A stretch of DNA of 64,000 bases, taken from positions 80,106,001-80,170,000 of the forward strand of contig NC_058368.1 of assembly GCF_018350175.1 (NCBI RefSeq), in the 5' to 3' direction. Positions 41,316 to 54,275 of the stretch are shown piece after piece (the stretch's first letter is position 1; every line of letters starts with the position of its first letter). A program made the translations under genes and the position numbers. Source of the DNA: Felis catus. Lineage: Eukaryota. The notes under the pieces are model-generated. The model made no database searches. It saw only the letters and a list, made by a program, of their open reading frames with translations, and was not told the DNA's origin.

Positions 41316-41529
41316 TTTTTTTTCTTTTTCTTTTTTTTTAACATTTATTTATTTTTGAAAGAGACAGAGCATGAGTGGGGGAGGGGCAGAGAGAGAGGGA
41401 GACACAGAATTCGAAGCAAGCTCCAGGCTCCCAGCACAGAGCCCAATGCAGGGCTCAAACCCACAGACCATGAGATCATGACCTGAGCCAAAGTCGGACA
41501 CTTAACCGACTGAGCCACCCAGACGCCCC
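41316..41529 (-). mobile_element. Can-SINE (tail-side unit of tandem pair)
   Basis: Full antisense copy adjoining the tail of the next SINE. Confidence 0.95.
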
Positions 41530-41738
41530 TTAACTTTTTCATGTTTATTATTTTTAAGAGAGAGAGACAGAGCGTGAGCAAGGGAGGGGGAGAGGGAGAG
41601 GAGACACAGAATCCAAAGCAGGCTCCAGGCTCCGAACCGTCCACACAGAGCCTGATGTGGGGCTCAAACTCATGAACCCTGAGATCGTGAGCTGGGCTGA
41701 AATCGGACGCTCAACTGACTGAGCCACCCAGGCGCCCC
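41530..41738 (-). mobile_element. Can-SINE (head-side unit of tandem pair)
   Basis: Outer TSD caggcttctcttctt/cagacttgtcttctt encloses both units. Confidence 0.95.
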
Positions 41739-41789
41739 CAGACTTGTCTTCTTAATGTGTGTCTTTACCAGACTCTTCTCTTCATTTGT

Positions 41790-42810
41790 ATTTAGGTTAA
41801 TTTTGTCGAGGTAATGTTTTGCATGCAATTTAGTGGATACTGACAGTCGTGTACAGGTACATGTAATTGTGAAGGAAGACAGGTCCATGACCCCCAAAAG
41901 TCTCAGTCTCTTCCCTCCCTCTGCCTCCACCCCCGGCCACCACTGCTCTGTTTCCTGTGCCTAGTTTGGCTTTCTCTGAATGTCGTAAGTCAGATATCAG
42001 CATAGCATCCTACCAGCGGGATGGGTGGGATGAGCTTCCCTCACCATGACGCCCCGAGATCCGTCCTCCATGTTGCACACATCAGGTCATTTCCCCCCTC
42101 GTGTTGCTAAGTGGTATTCCATTTTACGAACGTACCAGTTTCTACACTCATCAGCCGCTGGACATCCAGGGTTTCAGCTGAAATAAACCAAACCGCTATG
42201 AACGTTTACCTACAGGTCTTACGGTAAGTGGATGTTTAACTTTATAAGAAACTGCCACACTTTCCCAGAGAGGCTGCCCATTCCGCATCACACCGGCAGC
42301 CTCCCCGGCATGGTCCTGGCACGCCGTCCTGCTGGGTGACCCACCCCTGGGGGGCTGTCCTGACCGTAGCCCTCCCTGGTGGCAGCAGTGTGGACTGGCT
42401 TCTCTCTAGTCGTCTTCTCTGAGGAAGAGTGGGTTCAGATCTCATATCGAGTGTCTCTGTCCTCGATTTCTGGGTGTTCTGTCTGTACTCTGGACAAAGT
42501 CATGTATCAGACATATGTGTTCTGGAAATATGCCCCCCCCCATCTGTAGCTGCTCTTTATTTCTTGATGGTACCTTTAAGATCAAGCCTTCTGGTGTTTT
42601 CAACGTTTTTCTTTTATGGTTCATGATCTCTGGGGCGCGTCTAAGAAACGGTTGCCTAATGCAAAGTCGCTAAGACCCTTCCCTGTGTGCTTTCCTTCAG
42701 AAAGTTAGAGTTTCAGCTCCTACACTCGGGTCTGTGACCCTTTTTGACCACACATGTGTACGTGGAGCCAGACGAGGGTCACGGTTTATTTCCTTACGTG
42801 TGGATGTATT
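41790..42810 (-). mobile_element. L1M relic (3' UTR and ORF2 end), antisense
   Basis: gttgctaagtggtattccatt; atgtttaactttataagaaactgccacactttccca; tctaagaaacggttgcctaatgcaaagtcgctaaga. Confidence 0.8.
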
Positions 42811-44289
42811 TGCTTTGCATAGATGCTGGTGCTGTGGTCAGTGCCAAATAATTTTGGAGAGCAGGACTTCCAAGGCCAGTAGAGTTCTACCTCATATAGG
42901 TGGAATCCGTGATTTGGAATGGTAGTCGGGGCAGGGCTGGTGTTCTGTTACACCAAAGAAGCGACAGACAAAGGGTGGCGGACCGACCACGGGCTCTGTC
43001 TCGCGTGGATCGGGCGGCTGCCCGTTACTGCTGATTGTTATCATACAGGTTCTGTCCTGTTCCGATGCCTCCACGTTATCATGAGCTCAGAAAATGGTAC
43101 AGACTCACCGGGCCAGGGCCGTCAAAAAACTCACTCACCCTAAGAACGGCGGCGAAGTCTGAGTTGTAGCTGAAGGAATTGTTTTCTTGGATCCTAAAAG
43201 GTAGCCCTGCCCAGCTTCTGGGCCATTTGACGTATTTTCTAACGAGCTGGGACCTGGGCTGGAATCCCCAGAGGGTCACCGAGAAGGGCAGCGTTGGAAG
43301 GGCCGGGAAGGCCTGGAACGCACCGCCAGCAGCCGAGGAAGGGAGGGGCCCCCCAGGGGACGGGAGAGGATATGGGGTGTCTGCTGGGGCCCCCTGCCCA
43401 TAAAAGGCAAGACAGGAAGAGTCAACTTCAGAAAGAGAAGGGATTTCCTACTATTCACATGTTGGCCAGTAAGTGAAAAGCTTATTCTTATTCGAGCAGG
43501 AAAATACTGTACTGTAAATTAAAAATCCTGATGTGCAGTGAAGCAGGGTTTTATCCTTGGAAACATTTCTCTTTATCCTTCTCTGATAAAGGAAGCTATT
43601 TTTTTTTCCTTCCTCCCCACAGAGAGCTGTAAGGTTAACAAGCTGCGGATGGAAACAGGCACCCCCTTGGGGCCGTGTGTGAGGCCACGCTTCTCGGGCC
43701 CCACTTCATGATCAGCGCCCCACCTTCGCGTCCGCGTCCGCAGGCCCGGAGTCACCCCCACGTGCACATAGCTGGTTATATTCTGCCCTTTTCTCAGAAG
43801 TGAAAATTCCAAGCTCAGGAAAGCTTAGTAAGAGTCTCAGGCCTTGAAGTGCATTCTGGCCGCAGCCGCGGTATTTGAGCAATGTGTATTCAAGTCTGGA
43901 CGCATTCTATCCACCTTTTCAGACTTCAGCTTCCACCGCCGACCCTGGATCCCACACGGGCTCCAGGAGTGATTTCAAGAAGGAGACATGATGAGCAACC
44001 TTCCGTCCTCACAGGGAGCAAAGTTGGTTCTGGCCTGTTGCAGATCCCACTGAAGCCTAAGACCCAGAAAAGTTCATTAGAAATAGTACTTAACAAATGT
44101 AAATATTAGATCTTCCTCTGCCTGATGCAGTAAACACTCAACTGTTCTTCTAAGGCCCGACTTCATTTTTTATTAAATGAGATTTTTATTAAAAGATACC
44201 TGCTTCTGTAAGAACATCACAGGGGGAGGGGTGTTGAGCAGTAAGCCTCCCAGGCTACTGTACAAAGAAACCCCCCGGGGAGGGTGGTC

Positions 44290-44393
44290 ACTGAAGCTCC
44301 AGGAGGGTCTGGGCCAAGCCTGGGACTCCGCATTTCTCTCAAGCTCCCAGGTGGAGCTGGTTCAGGTCGAGGACCTCACTCGGAGCAGCAATG
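44290..44393. mobile_element. MER5-like hAT fragment
   Basis: ggtctgggccaagcctgggactccgcatttctctcaagctcccaggtg...aggacctcactcggagcagcaatg. Confidence 0.6.
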
Positions 44394-44559
44394 ATGTAAT
44401 GGAACACAGAAGCTTCAGAACCGGCCCGCTCCCCGACCCGACTTCACGATACTGGGCTCCTTCCAGAGCCCCCACTGTCTCCTCTCAAGTCGGGGTGACA
44501 GTTGTCACGTGTTTGGCATGGAGGTAAAATAAGAGAAACCGTTTTTTCAAACCAAGACG

Positions 44560-44760
44560 GGGGCGCCTGGGCGGCTCAGTCAGTTGAGCGTCAGACTTCA
44601 GCTCAGCTCATGATCTCCTGCTTCGTGAGTTCGAGCCCCATGTCAGGCTCATGGCTGTTGGTGCAGAGCCCGCTTCAGATCCTCTGTCCCCCTCTCTCTG
44701 TCCCACCCCGTCTTGCACTCTCTCAAAAATAGAAACGTTTTTAAAGACTTTTAAAAATAA
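44560..44760 (+). mobile_element. Can-SINE
   Basis: Head with B box gagttcgagccc; tail. Confidence 0.94.
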
Positions 44761-45439
44761 AACCTATAACAGGCACTTCATCCGAGAAGATACGCGATTT
44801 AATGATGCTTTTTCCTTTGTCCTGTCTCCCAGCGAGTAACACGTAGATCTGAATCAGATCGCCTGGCGGGACGGGGGTCACAGCACATGGTCCCTCCACT
44901 CCTTTCACAGCGTCTGCTGGCTTTTAAGAAATGTTTCTCAGGAATGCTTTTGTCAAGTGCGCCGCAAGACTCTCAGGAGCCCTTGAGGTTTATGCAGAGA
45001 CATTCAAACTAGACGTCTCCTTCTGGGGTAATTTTTATTTTTAACGTCACTTAGAACAAAAGGAAGGGAAGAGATAGAAATAGGTTTTCCGACCGTGACC
45101 TTCCCACTAAGGGTGGAAGTTGGTGATAATTAGCACAGAGGAAGCTCCTTTTCATTAGCTGATCATTCCAACTGCTCTTGACAGACACACTGGATGCCCT
45201 GGCTGGCAGGATATCCTCGGGGAAATCTCAGGCCTGATGACTAAAACATTCAGAGCAAGGTCCTTGACCTTGACGTCAGTGTCCACTTCGCCTCAGCAGC
45301 ACAGCGTTTGCGCCGTGGGCAAGAGCGAGGGTCCAGTCCGTGGGGACGAAGGCCTGATTCAGATTTTCTCCAGACCCTTCCTGGCCCTTCCCCAGGGCGG
45401 AAGCTGGATGGAATTTGTGAAATGTCCCATCTGTCAGAA

Positions 45440-46158
45440 GCTCAAGATAAATTCCTCAGAATGTCACCATCCTCACACCCACCACGATGGCTAGAACTTC
45501 TAAGAAAGGGAAAAGAGCGAGTGCTAGCAAGGGTGTGGAGAAATCTGGAACCCTCACAAACTGCTGCTGGGAATGGACGTGATGCAGCCACTGTGGGAAG
45601 CAGTCTGGCAGTTCCTGAAAAAGTTAGACAATTGCCAGAAGGCACAGCCATTCCGTTCCGAAGTCGGTACCCAGAAGAATCGAAAACAGGCACTCACACA
45701 GGTAATTGTACGTGCACGTCCACAGTAGCACGAGCCACAGTGGCCCTAAGGTGGGAACCCCGTAAATGCCCATGAATGGATGAAATGGACAAATTGTGGT
45801 CTCTCCATACAATGAGTATGATTCAGCCGTGGAAGTGAATGGGGTACTGCAGGTGCTACCCCATGGGAGAACCTCAGAAATTCTATGGCGAGTGGAAGAA
45901 GCCAGGCACAAAAGGTCACGTATCATACATAGGACTCCACATATGTGAAATGCCCAGAATGGATAGATCCCATAGACACGGAGAGCAGACAGCAAATGTA
46001 GGGGCAGTGAGGAGTGTCTGCTCAGTGGGTACGGGGTTTCCGTTTGGAGTGATGGGAATGTTCTAGATCTAGATAGAACTGGTGGGTAGAGAACACTGTG
46101 AATGTGCTAGAAGCCCCTTTAAAGGGTCTGTGTTATGTTACGGGAATTTCACAGTGAT
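45440..46158 (+). mobile_element. L1M (L1MB-like) 3' relic
   Basis: gcaagggtgtggagaaatctggaaccctca; gaagccaggcacaaaaggtcacgtat; gggtacggggtttccgtttggagtgatgggaatgttctaga. Confidence 0.85.
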
Positions 46159-47159
46159 AGCACGCCTCAGAAGAGGAAAGGCTCATTCCAAAAGCCAGAC
46201 TTCCCATCCAAGAAACAAAGGCTGAAAAGAAGTTTACTGACAATGGCAGGAAAGTGAGTACATGATGTCGCTATCACTTTTCCCATCAAAGGGAACCGAG
46301 GAGAGGTTACTGAAGGCACGACAAGAATGTGGTTTTTCATCATGAAGACACACATGTTCTGCTGTGGTTAACAGTAGGTGCCGCTCCTAGTTGGAGGCGT
46401 GCAGTGAGCCCCCCAGATGGGGATGAACTTTGTAGATGGTAAAAGTGACAGTGTTACTGAAGAACATTTTACGCCCAAAAGGACGCTCGCTGTGCAAGCC
46501 TCACCATGACTGGGGGCATTCGAGGGCTTGGGGCATACCACATAATCACAAGAAGGTGGTATTCTAACAGTGCCAATGAAACAAAAACGATTACGACTGG
46601 AGAAGATCCGTAAAAATCAGAATCAAAGCACGTTTTGTCCCCACACTTTCAGCAAATGTAGTATGCGGAAGGCCCTGAGCGCTAGCCTAGGGTGAGCCTG
46701 GGGTTCGTGTGTTCATGGTCAGGGCTACCCACCTTCCAACACAACCCTCCTCAACGAGGGGGAGACAAGAAAGTGGCGATAGCCCCCTTTTACCGCGTTG
46801 TTCAAAGACACGGAATACCCTGGCTTCGCCACTGCCTGCGATGCTTGCACTCAGACGGAGTATCTGGTGAGTTCCGCCTTGACCGGACCCTCCGGAACAC
46901 GAGGAGGGTAGAGCAGGAGAACCCACCATCTCCAGAACTGACCTGGCCCAGAGGGAGCCCTAAGGGGGCATCCCCAAACACCCTTTGTTGGAGGAGGCAG
47001 GGGTCCCGAGCTTCGGGGCAGGTCTCACCCATCGACTCGATCTTAACCTCCATCCGTATCTTCCGCCTCAGAGAAATTCTGACCGCTTCCCCCGCACCTG
47101 GGCCCCACGTCCACAGGCGTCGGCAGTGTTGGGAGGTGAGGCCCCCACACCCCCCGGCC

Positions 47160-47500
47160 AGGTGAATAATCGCTCGTGGCGTGGATGGACCCCATTTTGT
47201 ATACTCACCGTCTCCCAGGAAACGCCGTGCATCTGCCCTTTGGCGGCTGGGGAAGATGCTACAGCGAAGACAAGTCGTCCAAGCACCTGTTCGGTCTCCA
47301 CTCCCAGCGATTTTGAGGATTCTCCCAGAAGTGGGTTGCTGGACGGAATGGCAATTCTCTGTTTAATTTTTGAGGACCCACCATCCTGTTCCACGTCGGC
47401 CGTGCCGTTTTACGTCCCCACGCGCAGTGCCGAGGGCTCTGATTTCTCCATGTGCTCACCAGCACATCATTTTGTCTTTTTTTTAAATAATGGCCACTCA
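47160..47500 (-). mobile_element. L1M relic, antisense
   Basis: cccagaagtgggttgctgga...ggcaattctctgtttaatttttgagga...atttctccatgtgctcaccagcac. Confidence 0.8.
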
Positions 47501-47763
47501 TGTCCGATGGCCACGGGCATGGATTGTTACAGGCTTCAGACACCTTTAATGTTTCTCTGTGTGTGTGTGTGGTATGTCTGTAGACGGAAGATTATCTGAT
47601 CACTTAAACATCTGGGGATCATTTTGATACCTGAGTGCCATATACATTTCCATCCTATTACAGGCATTATACTGAGTAGAGATAAAATATTGGAAATCTG
47701 TTTGGAATTTTCTTGTTAACTGAGAACACATTTTTTATTTAAAAAAAAAAAAAAGCCAGGTAA

Positions 47764-47986
47764 GGGGTGCCTGCGTGGCTCAGTCAGTTAAGCGTCCGAC
47801 TTCGGCTCGGGTCATGATCTCACGGTCTGTGGGTTCGATCCCTGCATCGGGCTCTGTGCAGACAGCTGGGAGCCGGGAGCCTGTTTCAGATTCTGTGTCT
47901 CCCTCTCTCTCTGCCCTTCCCCTGCTCACGCTCTCTCACTCTCTCTCTCTCTCAAAAATGAATAAATAAACATTAAAATCTTTTTT
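47764..47986 (+). mobile_element. Can-SINE
   Basis: TSD aaaaagcca..taa. Confidence 0.96.
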
Positions 47987-48277
47987 AAAAAGCCAACTAA
48001 GCTGATTCTTTCATCCCAACCTAATGCCAGCATTTCACGGTAACACAACATTAGTGATCTAGGATGATATTTTTTTCTCACATTTAACATGGTTTTTTTC
48101 TTTTAACACTCTAGGCCTTCTTTCTTAGCCAGAAGTCACTCTGTGGCAATTGTGGCAGGAGATAGAACTGTCTACATGTGACGTTCCCTGGACATCGTAG
48201 CTCTTTGAGAATGAAAAGCGTCGTTTCAAAAGCAGCACGCTGGAAAATGCTCGTCTGTTGTTATTAACCGTGATTAA

Positions 48278-48433
<156 letters not shown>

Positions 48434-48516
48434 TGATGACTTCTCATGTTCCCTCCACTTTTGCGACGGGCAGTGGGTGTCCCGGCCCACAGTGAGCTTG
48501 TCTGCCTTCCTTACAG

Positions 48517-48561
48517 GGAGCAAGAGGCGTTTCCGGATTCCCTGGTGCCGACGGAATTCCC
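48517..48561 (+). CDS. COL4A2: COL4A2 exon 6 (45 nt): GARGVSGFPGADGIP
   Basis: ttacag|GGA...CCC|gtaagt; identical to recalled alpha2(IV) peptide. Confidence 0.97.
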
Positions 48562-51477
48562 GTAAGTGTTTTGTAAGATTTTTGTAGGATTTTAAAACAC
48601 CGAACACATGCTAAGCAAGCTCCTGACTTACAGAAGCATTTCTACCTAGGCCTCCTGTTTGGTTTACACAATGAAGTAGGGCTCTCAGTGCATCCTTTTT
48701 CCCCTGGAGTCCTCTCAAATATGGCACAGATTGGTTCCTTTGTAAATGTTCTTCTGCACTTGGCTTCGGAATCGAAGCCGGTTTTCGGCGAAAACCGGAC
48801 CTGGTTTTGTAACGGAAGGCTAGCACGTTAGATATGCTCAATCAGAATGCGGCTTGACATTTTGCTGGAACCGTAAAGCGACCTGAACATAAAGGGGCAC
48901 GGCCGAGATGGTGGGTGGGAGGACGCCCTCTGCTGGACGTTGGTGACGCTTCCCCAGTTCTCTAGTAAACCATGCGTAAATGAGAAGAAAAGACAGGGTT
49001 TGTCCATGAGAAAATCTCAAAATGCAATAAAATATGTTTTTCTAACCTAGTTTACTTTACTTCTTGTGGCATAAAAAAAAAAATAAACACAGAGGCCTGT
49101 CTCTCAACCTCTTTCACAAGGATCCGTGAGCAGATTCCCAGGGTCTGCCTCCTACGGATCCCAGCCGCGGGGACAGATGTGTTTATGACACATGCTTTCG
49201 CCTGCTGCTGAGGTTTGAGGACATCTGCTTCAGGAACCTCCCTCGTGTGCACACATCCGAGCCTTTACCCCACATGCCCACACCCCCTGCCCCTGTGTTA
49301 GCACGCACATCTACACGCGTGTGCACACGTAACAGATGCATTCCCGGGGCTGTGGAAGCAGGACAGCCGCCTTGTAGGAGGGAACACAGAAGAGCCATCA
49401 CAGAGAGGCTGTGCATCACAGAGAGGAGGTTCTTCAGCATGCCGGCTGCACACCCAGGAGGCTGTGCAGCGGTGCAGGAAGGCGGTCAGGGCTACAGACA
49501 GGCCACACGCAGACCTGAGGCCCGCGTGACCCGGAGCGTCCCCTGGACGGGAGCTCACACGCACCAGTTAGGACACACAGCTGTGTGAACAAGTAAGGTA
49601 GTCACTTCCCCATTAGTCAGAGTCAAAGAATCTGTAGATTTTCAGGGATAAACAAATAATGATAGCATTTTCCTACCAACCGCCTGCAACGAAACCACCT
49701 ATTCTCAAACCGCTTTCTTGAGCTCTTTGGGCCGCCTTGTCGGTTTTGTCTTCTGGAAGTCGAAATCTGAGTTTAAAAGGAGGGATGTGGAAAAACAGTA
49801 TAGCTGATCTGAGTCATATTTGGTTTTTCCACTGTATGCCCATTTACTCTGAGGAAGAAATAGTTCACAAGTTGGAGAGGCAGTATCTTCACATGAGAGA
49901 GCGGTCACAGTAAGCAGGTAACCGAGCGGTTTCCACAGAATCTCCGTGCTGCTAACAATGGCCTCGCCCGCTGACCACAGGACTCTGGAACTGCACATAC
50001 GTGGACCCATGTGCCATCTGCCCCGAGGCTAATTTTAGCCACTTAGGAGCCATATATAAAATGTGATGTGCAGTCAGATCTTAAGAGCCGTGTCCAGTTA
50101 GATGTTGAACATGAGACGGGCGGTCGGTTCAAGGTAATTGCAATTTTTCTTTGAAGAACGGTCTCCAACTAACGTCTGACTGACACGCCATGTCACATGA
50201 CTTAGATCAGTTCCAAGGGAGCAAGAAAGGCCCACAGGAGACAGATCACTCCGGAGAGGAGTGAAGAACTCGAGTTACGAAAAGCATCACGGAAGACCGC
50301 ACAGATCGTGAGCAGAGCACCCACCGGGCTTGTTTTCTCAGGCTGAATCTGAAGGATCAGCTTTCAGAGACCCCTAAAAAAAGGCCTGTAGTTGGCCACT
50401 ACCAAGGCAGCTGGCTGCACTCTCAGCTGGAGAGATGGATGGTACCCGTGGTTTCCAGGGCGGCGGGGATTTCTCTCGTCTACCAGGGGATTGGCTGTTG
50501 GATCTGTGCCTGTCTGAGGGTCCCAGTTAAAGCAGCGGCTTTGAGTGTCTAAAGGAGAGCGATGAGAGGTAGACAACGAAATTAAAATGCAACTCTTCTC
50601 GTTGTGTTTCTTAATATCGTTCAGGGTCCAGGCACTCTATGTAGGATTCGTTCATTTCTCTTGAAATGTCCCAAATTTCTCAAAGTAAGTGTAAAAGGCA
50701 TCCTAATGGGGCCTCAAAAAAGCCACTCTGGAATGTATGCTTGGTCCATTGTCAGCAAAAGCAAAATTTTAGAGAGATTAAGAAGATGGCATATATCTAA
50801 ACACGTGCCGTGGGAGGAAACAGCAAAATAGGCCGTGGTCTCGTAGTACGTAAGCGGCAGGTCATTAACTCAGCCTGACTCCCTAGCTATTCAAAAGACA
50901 TTTGGTCATGCTGCCTTCCCTCCCCTCCCCCACCCCGACATCTCTGAACATCAGATGTTGCTTTTATTGGCTTTATTCGAAAGCAAATAAGAGGAAATCA
51001 GTTCTTCTACATATGGCGAAGTCATGGATGAAATCCCATCGGGGGGCAGGGGGAGTGTGAATCTCTTTCCTGTGTAGGATGTGAGTCTGTCAACTCACCC
51101 TCTACAGTTCAGTTGGGCACAAAAGATGGGGCCCCTTGTTGTCCTTGAAAGACCTAGCCGCTTCCAGAGTGCCTTCTAGAAGTTTTAAATCTACCGTGAC
51201 CCGTCCCTGCTGACGCAGACCTCCCGATAGACCGGCGGTAATGGACTTCTTTACCCAGCCCATGGCAAACAGAACTTTGTCCTGAAGGCCTTTCTCCTGC
51301 TCAGAACCGAACCTGTGTGCCTCCATTTACTTAATCTTTCATTCACCCACCTGCTGGTTTTGAGTTCTCTTTGCCCTTGGGTTCATGCAGGGTGGGAAGA
51401 TTTAGAAATGTTTTATCATGCTCTTCATGAGAACGCCAGACCGTGTGCTAGCAGGCTCACCTACCCTTCTCTCCCAG

Positions 51478-51594
51478 GGACACCCGGGGCAAGGTGGGCC
51501 CAGAGGACCACCTGGTCACGATGGCTGCAACGGGACGAGAGGAGACGTGGGCCGCCAGGGACCCGTCGGCCCCGGGGGGTTCGCTGGCCCTCCT
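51478..51594 (+). CDS. COL4A2: COL4A2 exon 7 (117 nt): [39 protein letters not shown]
   Basis: tcccag|GGA...CCT|gtgagt; contains the 7S GCNGT cysteine/N-glycosylation sequon. Confidence 0.97.
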
Positions 51595-52568
51595 GTGAGT
51601 ATCAGGGCAGCGGGTGCGGCTGGGGTGGTGAACTCCAGGAGCTGGGGGGCCGGCCCTTGTCCGCAGACGGGTGGAGGATGTGTGGTGTGCCTTTCACGGG
51701 CCCATCCAGAAGCCCCTTTTAGAAATTGTGTCAGAGAGACTTTCCAAGGAGGGCGGGTTGGCTCCTGTGGACCCTTCGGCTGGGGCGGGTGTGCTCAGCC
51801 CGGCTCCTGCACCCCCAGCCAGGCAGGTGTTCCCCTGTCCCTAGGCAGCGGTCAGGATGCACACGTTCCTGCAGACATCTCGGCATGATTTTCCTGCGTC
51901 CGGAGAACTTCATTTTCCAAATTTATTCTGAAAACAAGATAGAAAATAATCTGTGTGGTTCGTATCGTGCAGTTTTACCTGTGTCCTTGCATTTCCCCCC
52001 ATGCTACAATTCAAGTAACAGGGAAGAATTGGGCAAGAGCAAAAACAAAATCAAAAGGCTTAATTAGAGCTTGACAGGATGCCGTTAGCCCCCGTCTTGT
52101 TAGATTCTAAACTCCTCTGTGACATGGAAACAGCCCCTGCAGGTAGAAGTGTGCTTTTTTTTTTCTTTTTAATGGAAAACTTCCATGCATTCATCTGTTT
52201 TGTAGACTCAGTTTTCAGGTCTTTGCAAAGAATCTTGAAGTGTTTTCCATTTCTGTATGGCTGCCTTCTTGCCATCAAAATATTGCAAAGTCAGGGTTTT
52301 GCCAACATCTTATTTGGTAAAACTCTTTATTTAAGAAAACATTTCTAAGACTGGGGAAGAATATTCACACGTTCCTCCCCACGTGTTTCCCCCTGAAGTT
52401 CGTGGATTTCTCTTATTCTCACTTCTCCTCCCCAGTCCTCTCCCTGGGTTGTCTTTTATGTGTGGGTCACCTTGTCAACGAGGACCATCACTTTGCAGTC
52501 TGCTGTAATGTCATGAAACTATCATTATCAATAAATATAACCATCACTTTAAAATACTGATTTTATAT

Positions 52569-52788
52569 GGGCGCCTGGGTGGCTCAGTCGGTTAAGCGTC
52601 CGACTTCGGCTCAGGTCCTGATCTCACAGTTTGGGAGTTCGAGCCCCATGTCCGGCTCTGTGCTGACAGCTCAGAGCCTGGATCCTGCTTGGGATTCTGT
52701 CTGTGTGTGTGTGTCTCTCTCTGCCCCTCCCCCTCTCACACTCTGTCTCTCTGTGTGTCTTAAGATTAAATGTTTAAAAATTTTTTTT
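52569..52788 (+). mobile_element. Can-SINE (intron 7)
   Basis: TSD aatactgattttata/aatactgatttcata. Confidence 0.96.
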
Positions 52789-53288
52789 AATACTGATTTC
52801 ATACACAGACATTGAAAGACATTCATCCACATACGATGTGCACACGTACTGAGTGTATTTGTCACAATTCCACTTTTACAGAATGACCCAGCATCTTTCC
52901 CAAAAATGGTGCTTCAGAACATAAGTGTTAATATCTTTAGCACCCTAATGCCCAATTAAAGACAAAATGTATTATTACAAAGAGAAACAACATGTTGGTG
53001 TCCTGAAGGATTCGTTTACTGAGCATCCTTTTGGGTTTTTGTAAATAACCTAAGTCCTTTAAAATGTTTCCATTTTAACTTTGAAGGAAGATACTATTGG
53101 GTAAATACGAAGGTCTCGTCTTTGTGACTGAATGTAGGACTGGTGTTCAGAATAACCCAAATAAGCCGTAAGGACCACTGACATTGCCCATAACAGACAA
53201 TGTCTAATCACCCACATGGCTAGCACTGCACTGAGTGTTCACGCGCCTTTCTGTGTTTTCTCTGTCTTCCATGTCCTGTCTACCATAG

Positions 53289-53360
53289 GGGCCCCAAGGA
53301 CCCAAGGGGCAGAAAGGTGAGCCGTACGCGCTTTCCAGTGTGGACCGCGACAAATACAGG
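53289..53360 (+). CDS. COL4A2: COL4A2 exon 8 (72 nt): [24 protein letters not shown]
   Basis: ccatag|GGG...AGG|gtatgt; includes non-helical interruption PYAL...YR. Confidence 0.96.
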
Positions 53361-53518
53361 GTATGTTCGCTAGAGGTGGGACTCGTGCCTGAGCTATCAG
53401 GGTAATTCCTGATTAATAACAAAACTTCCCTAGTATGGCTGAGCTATAAGCAAGTGCCTCTGGGGTGGTAGAACAGCCCAGCACCATGAAGAAGCTAAAA
53501 ACCTTCGATTTCTGTCCT

Positions 53519-53675
53519 GGGGCGCCTGGGGGGCTCAGTCGATTAAGCATCCAACTCTCTCAGGTCACGATCTCACCGTTCGTGGGATCAAACCCCAGAT
53601 AGGGCTCTGTGCTGACAGTGTGGAGCCTGATTGGGATTCTGTCTCTCTCTCTCTCAAAATAAGTAAACTTAAAAA
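53519..53675 (+). mobile_element. Can-SINE (intron 8), older
   Basis: Degenerate TSD aaaaaccttcgatttc/aaaaatcatcgatttc. Confidence 0.92.
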
Positions 53676-53864
53676 AAATCATCGATTTCCCATCGGGGTG
53701 ACATTTACCTGTGGGCGCACACCTTTCCAGTCTGTATTCACAATGCCCCAGATAAAGGGTAGCATTACCAAGCCCCTGGCGGGGCTGATATAGTTTCTGA
53801 ATTTGTTTCCAAAGTTGTGATAAAATGTAACTAAATCTAAAGACACTTAAAAACCAGAACTCTT

Positions 53865-54093
53865 GGGGCGCCTGGGTGGCTCAGTCGGTTAAGTGTCCGA
53901 CTTCAGCTCAGGTCACGATCTCACGGTCGGTGAGTTTGAGCCCCGCGTTGGGCTCTGTGCTGACTGCTCAGAGCCTGGAGCCTGTTTCCGATTCTGTGTC
54001 TCCCTCTCTCTCTGACCCTCCCCCATTCATGCTCTGTCTCTGTCTCAAAAATAAATAAATGTTAAAAAAAAAATTTAAAAATAAATAAATAAA
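53865..54093 (+). mobile_element. Can-SINE (SINEC_Fc type, intron 8), young
   Basis: Perfect 17-bp TSD taaaaaccagaactctt (53848-53864, 54094-54110). Confidence 0.97.
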
Positions 54094-54132
54094 TAAAAAC
54101 CAGAACTCTTAAAATTATTTTCTCTCAACTAG

Positions 54133-54168
54133 GGTGAACCTGGGGAGCCTGGATTGGTCGGTTTCCAG
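54133..54168 (+). CDS. COL4A2: COL4A2 exon 9 (36 nt): GEPGEPGLVGFQ
   Basis: aactag|GGT...CAG|gtaagg. Confidence 0.96.
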
Positions 54169-54275
54169 GTAAGGTCTATTTTCATTAGAGAATGTTCCAA
54201 GCAGAATGTCAAGAACTCAGGACTGCACATACCGGTGTCCCTCTCCTAACAGCCTTCCTTTTTGCCTGTACGCAG

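Noticed and set aside
45308..47599. 155-aa and 204-aa ORFs with L1-like peptides
   Set aside because: Decayed L1 ORF2 end/3' UTR in either orientation; no intact element
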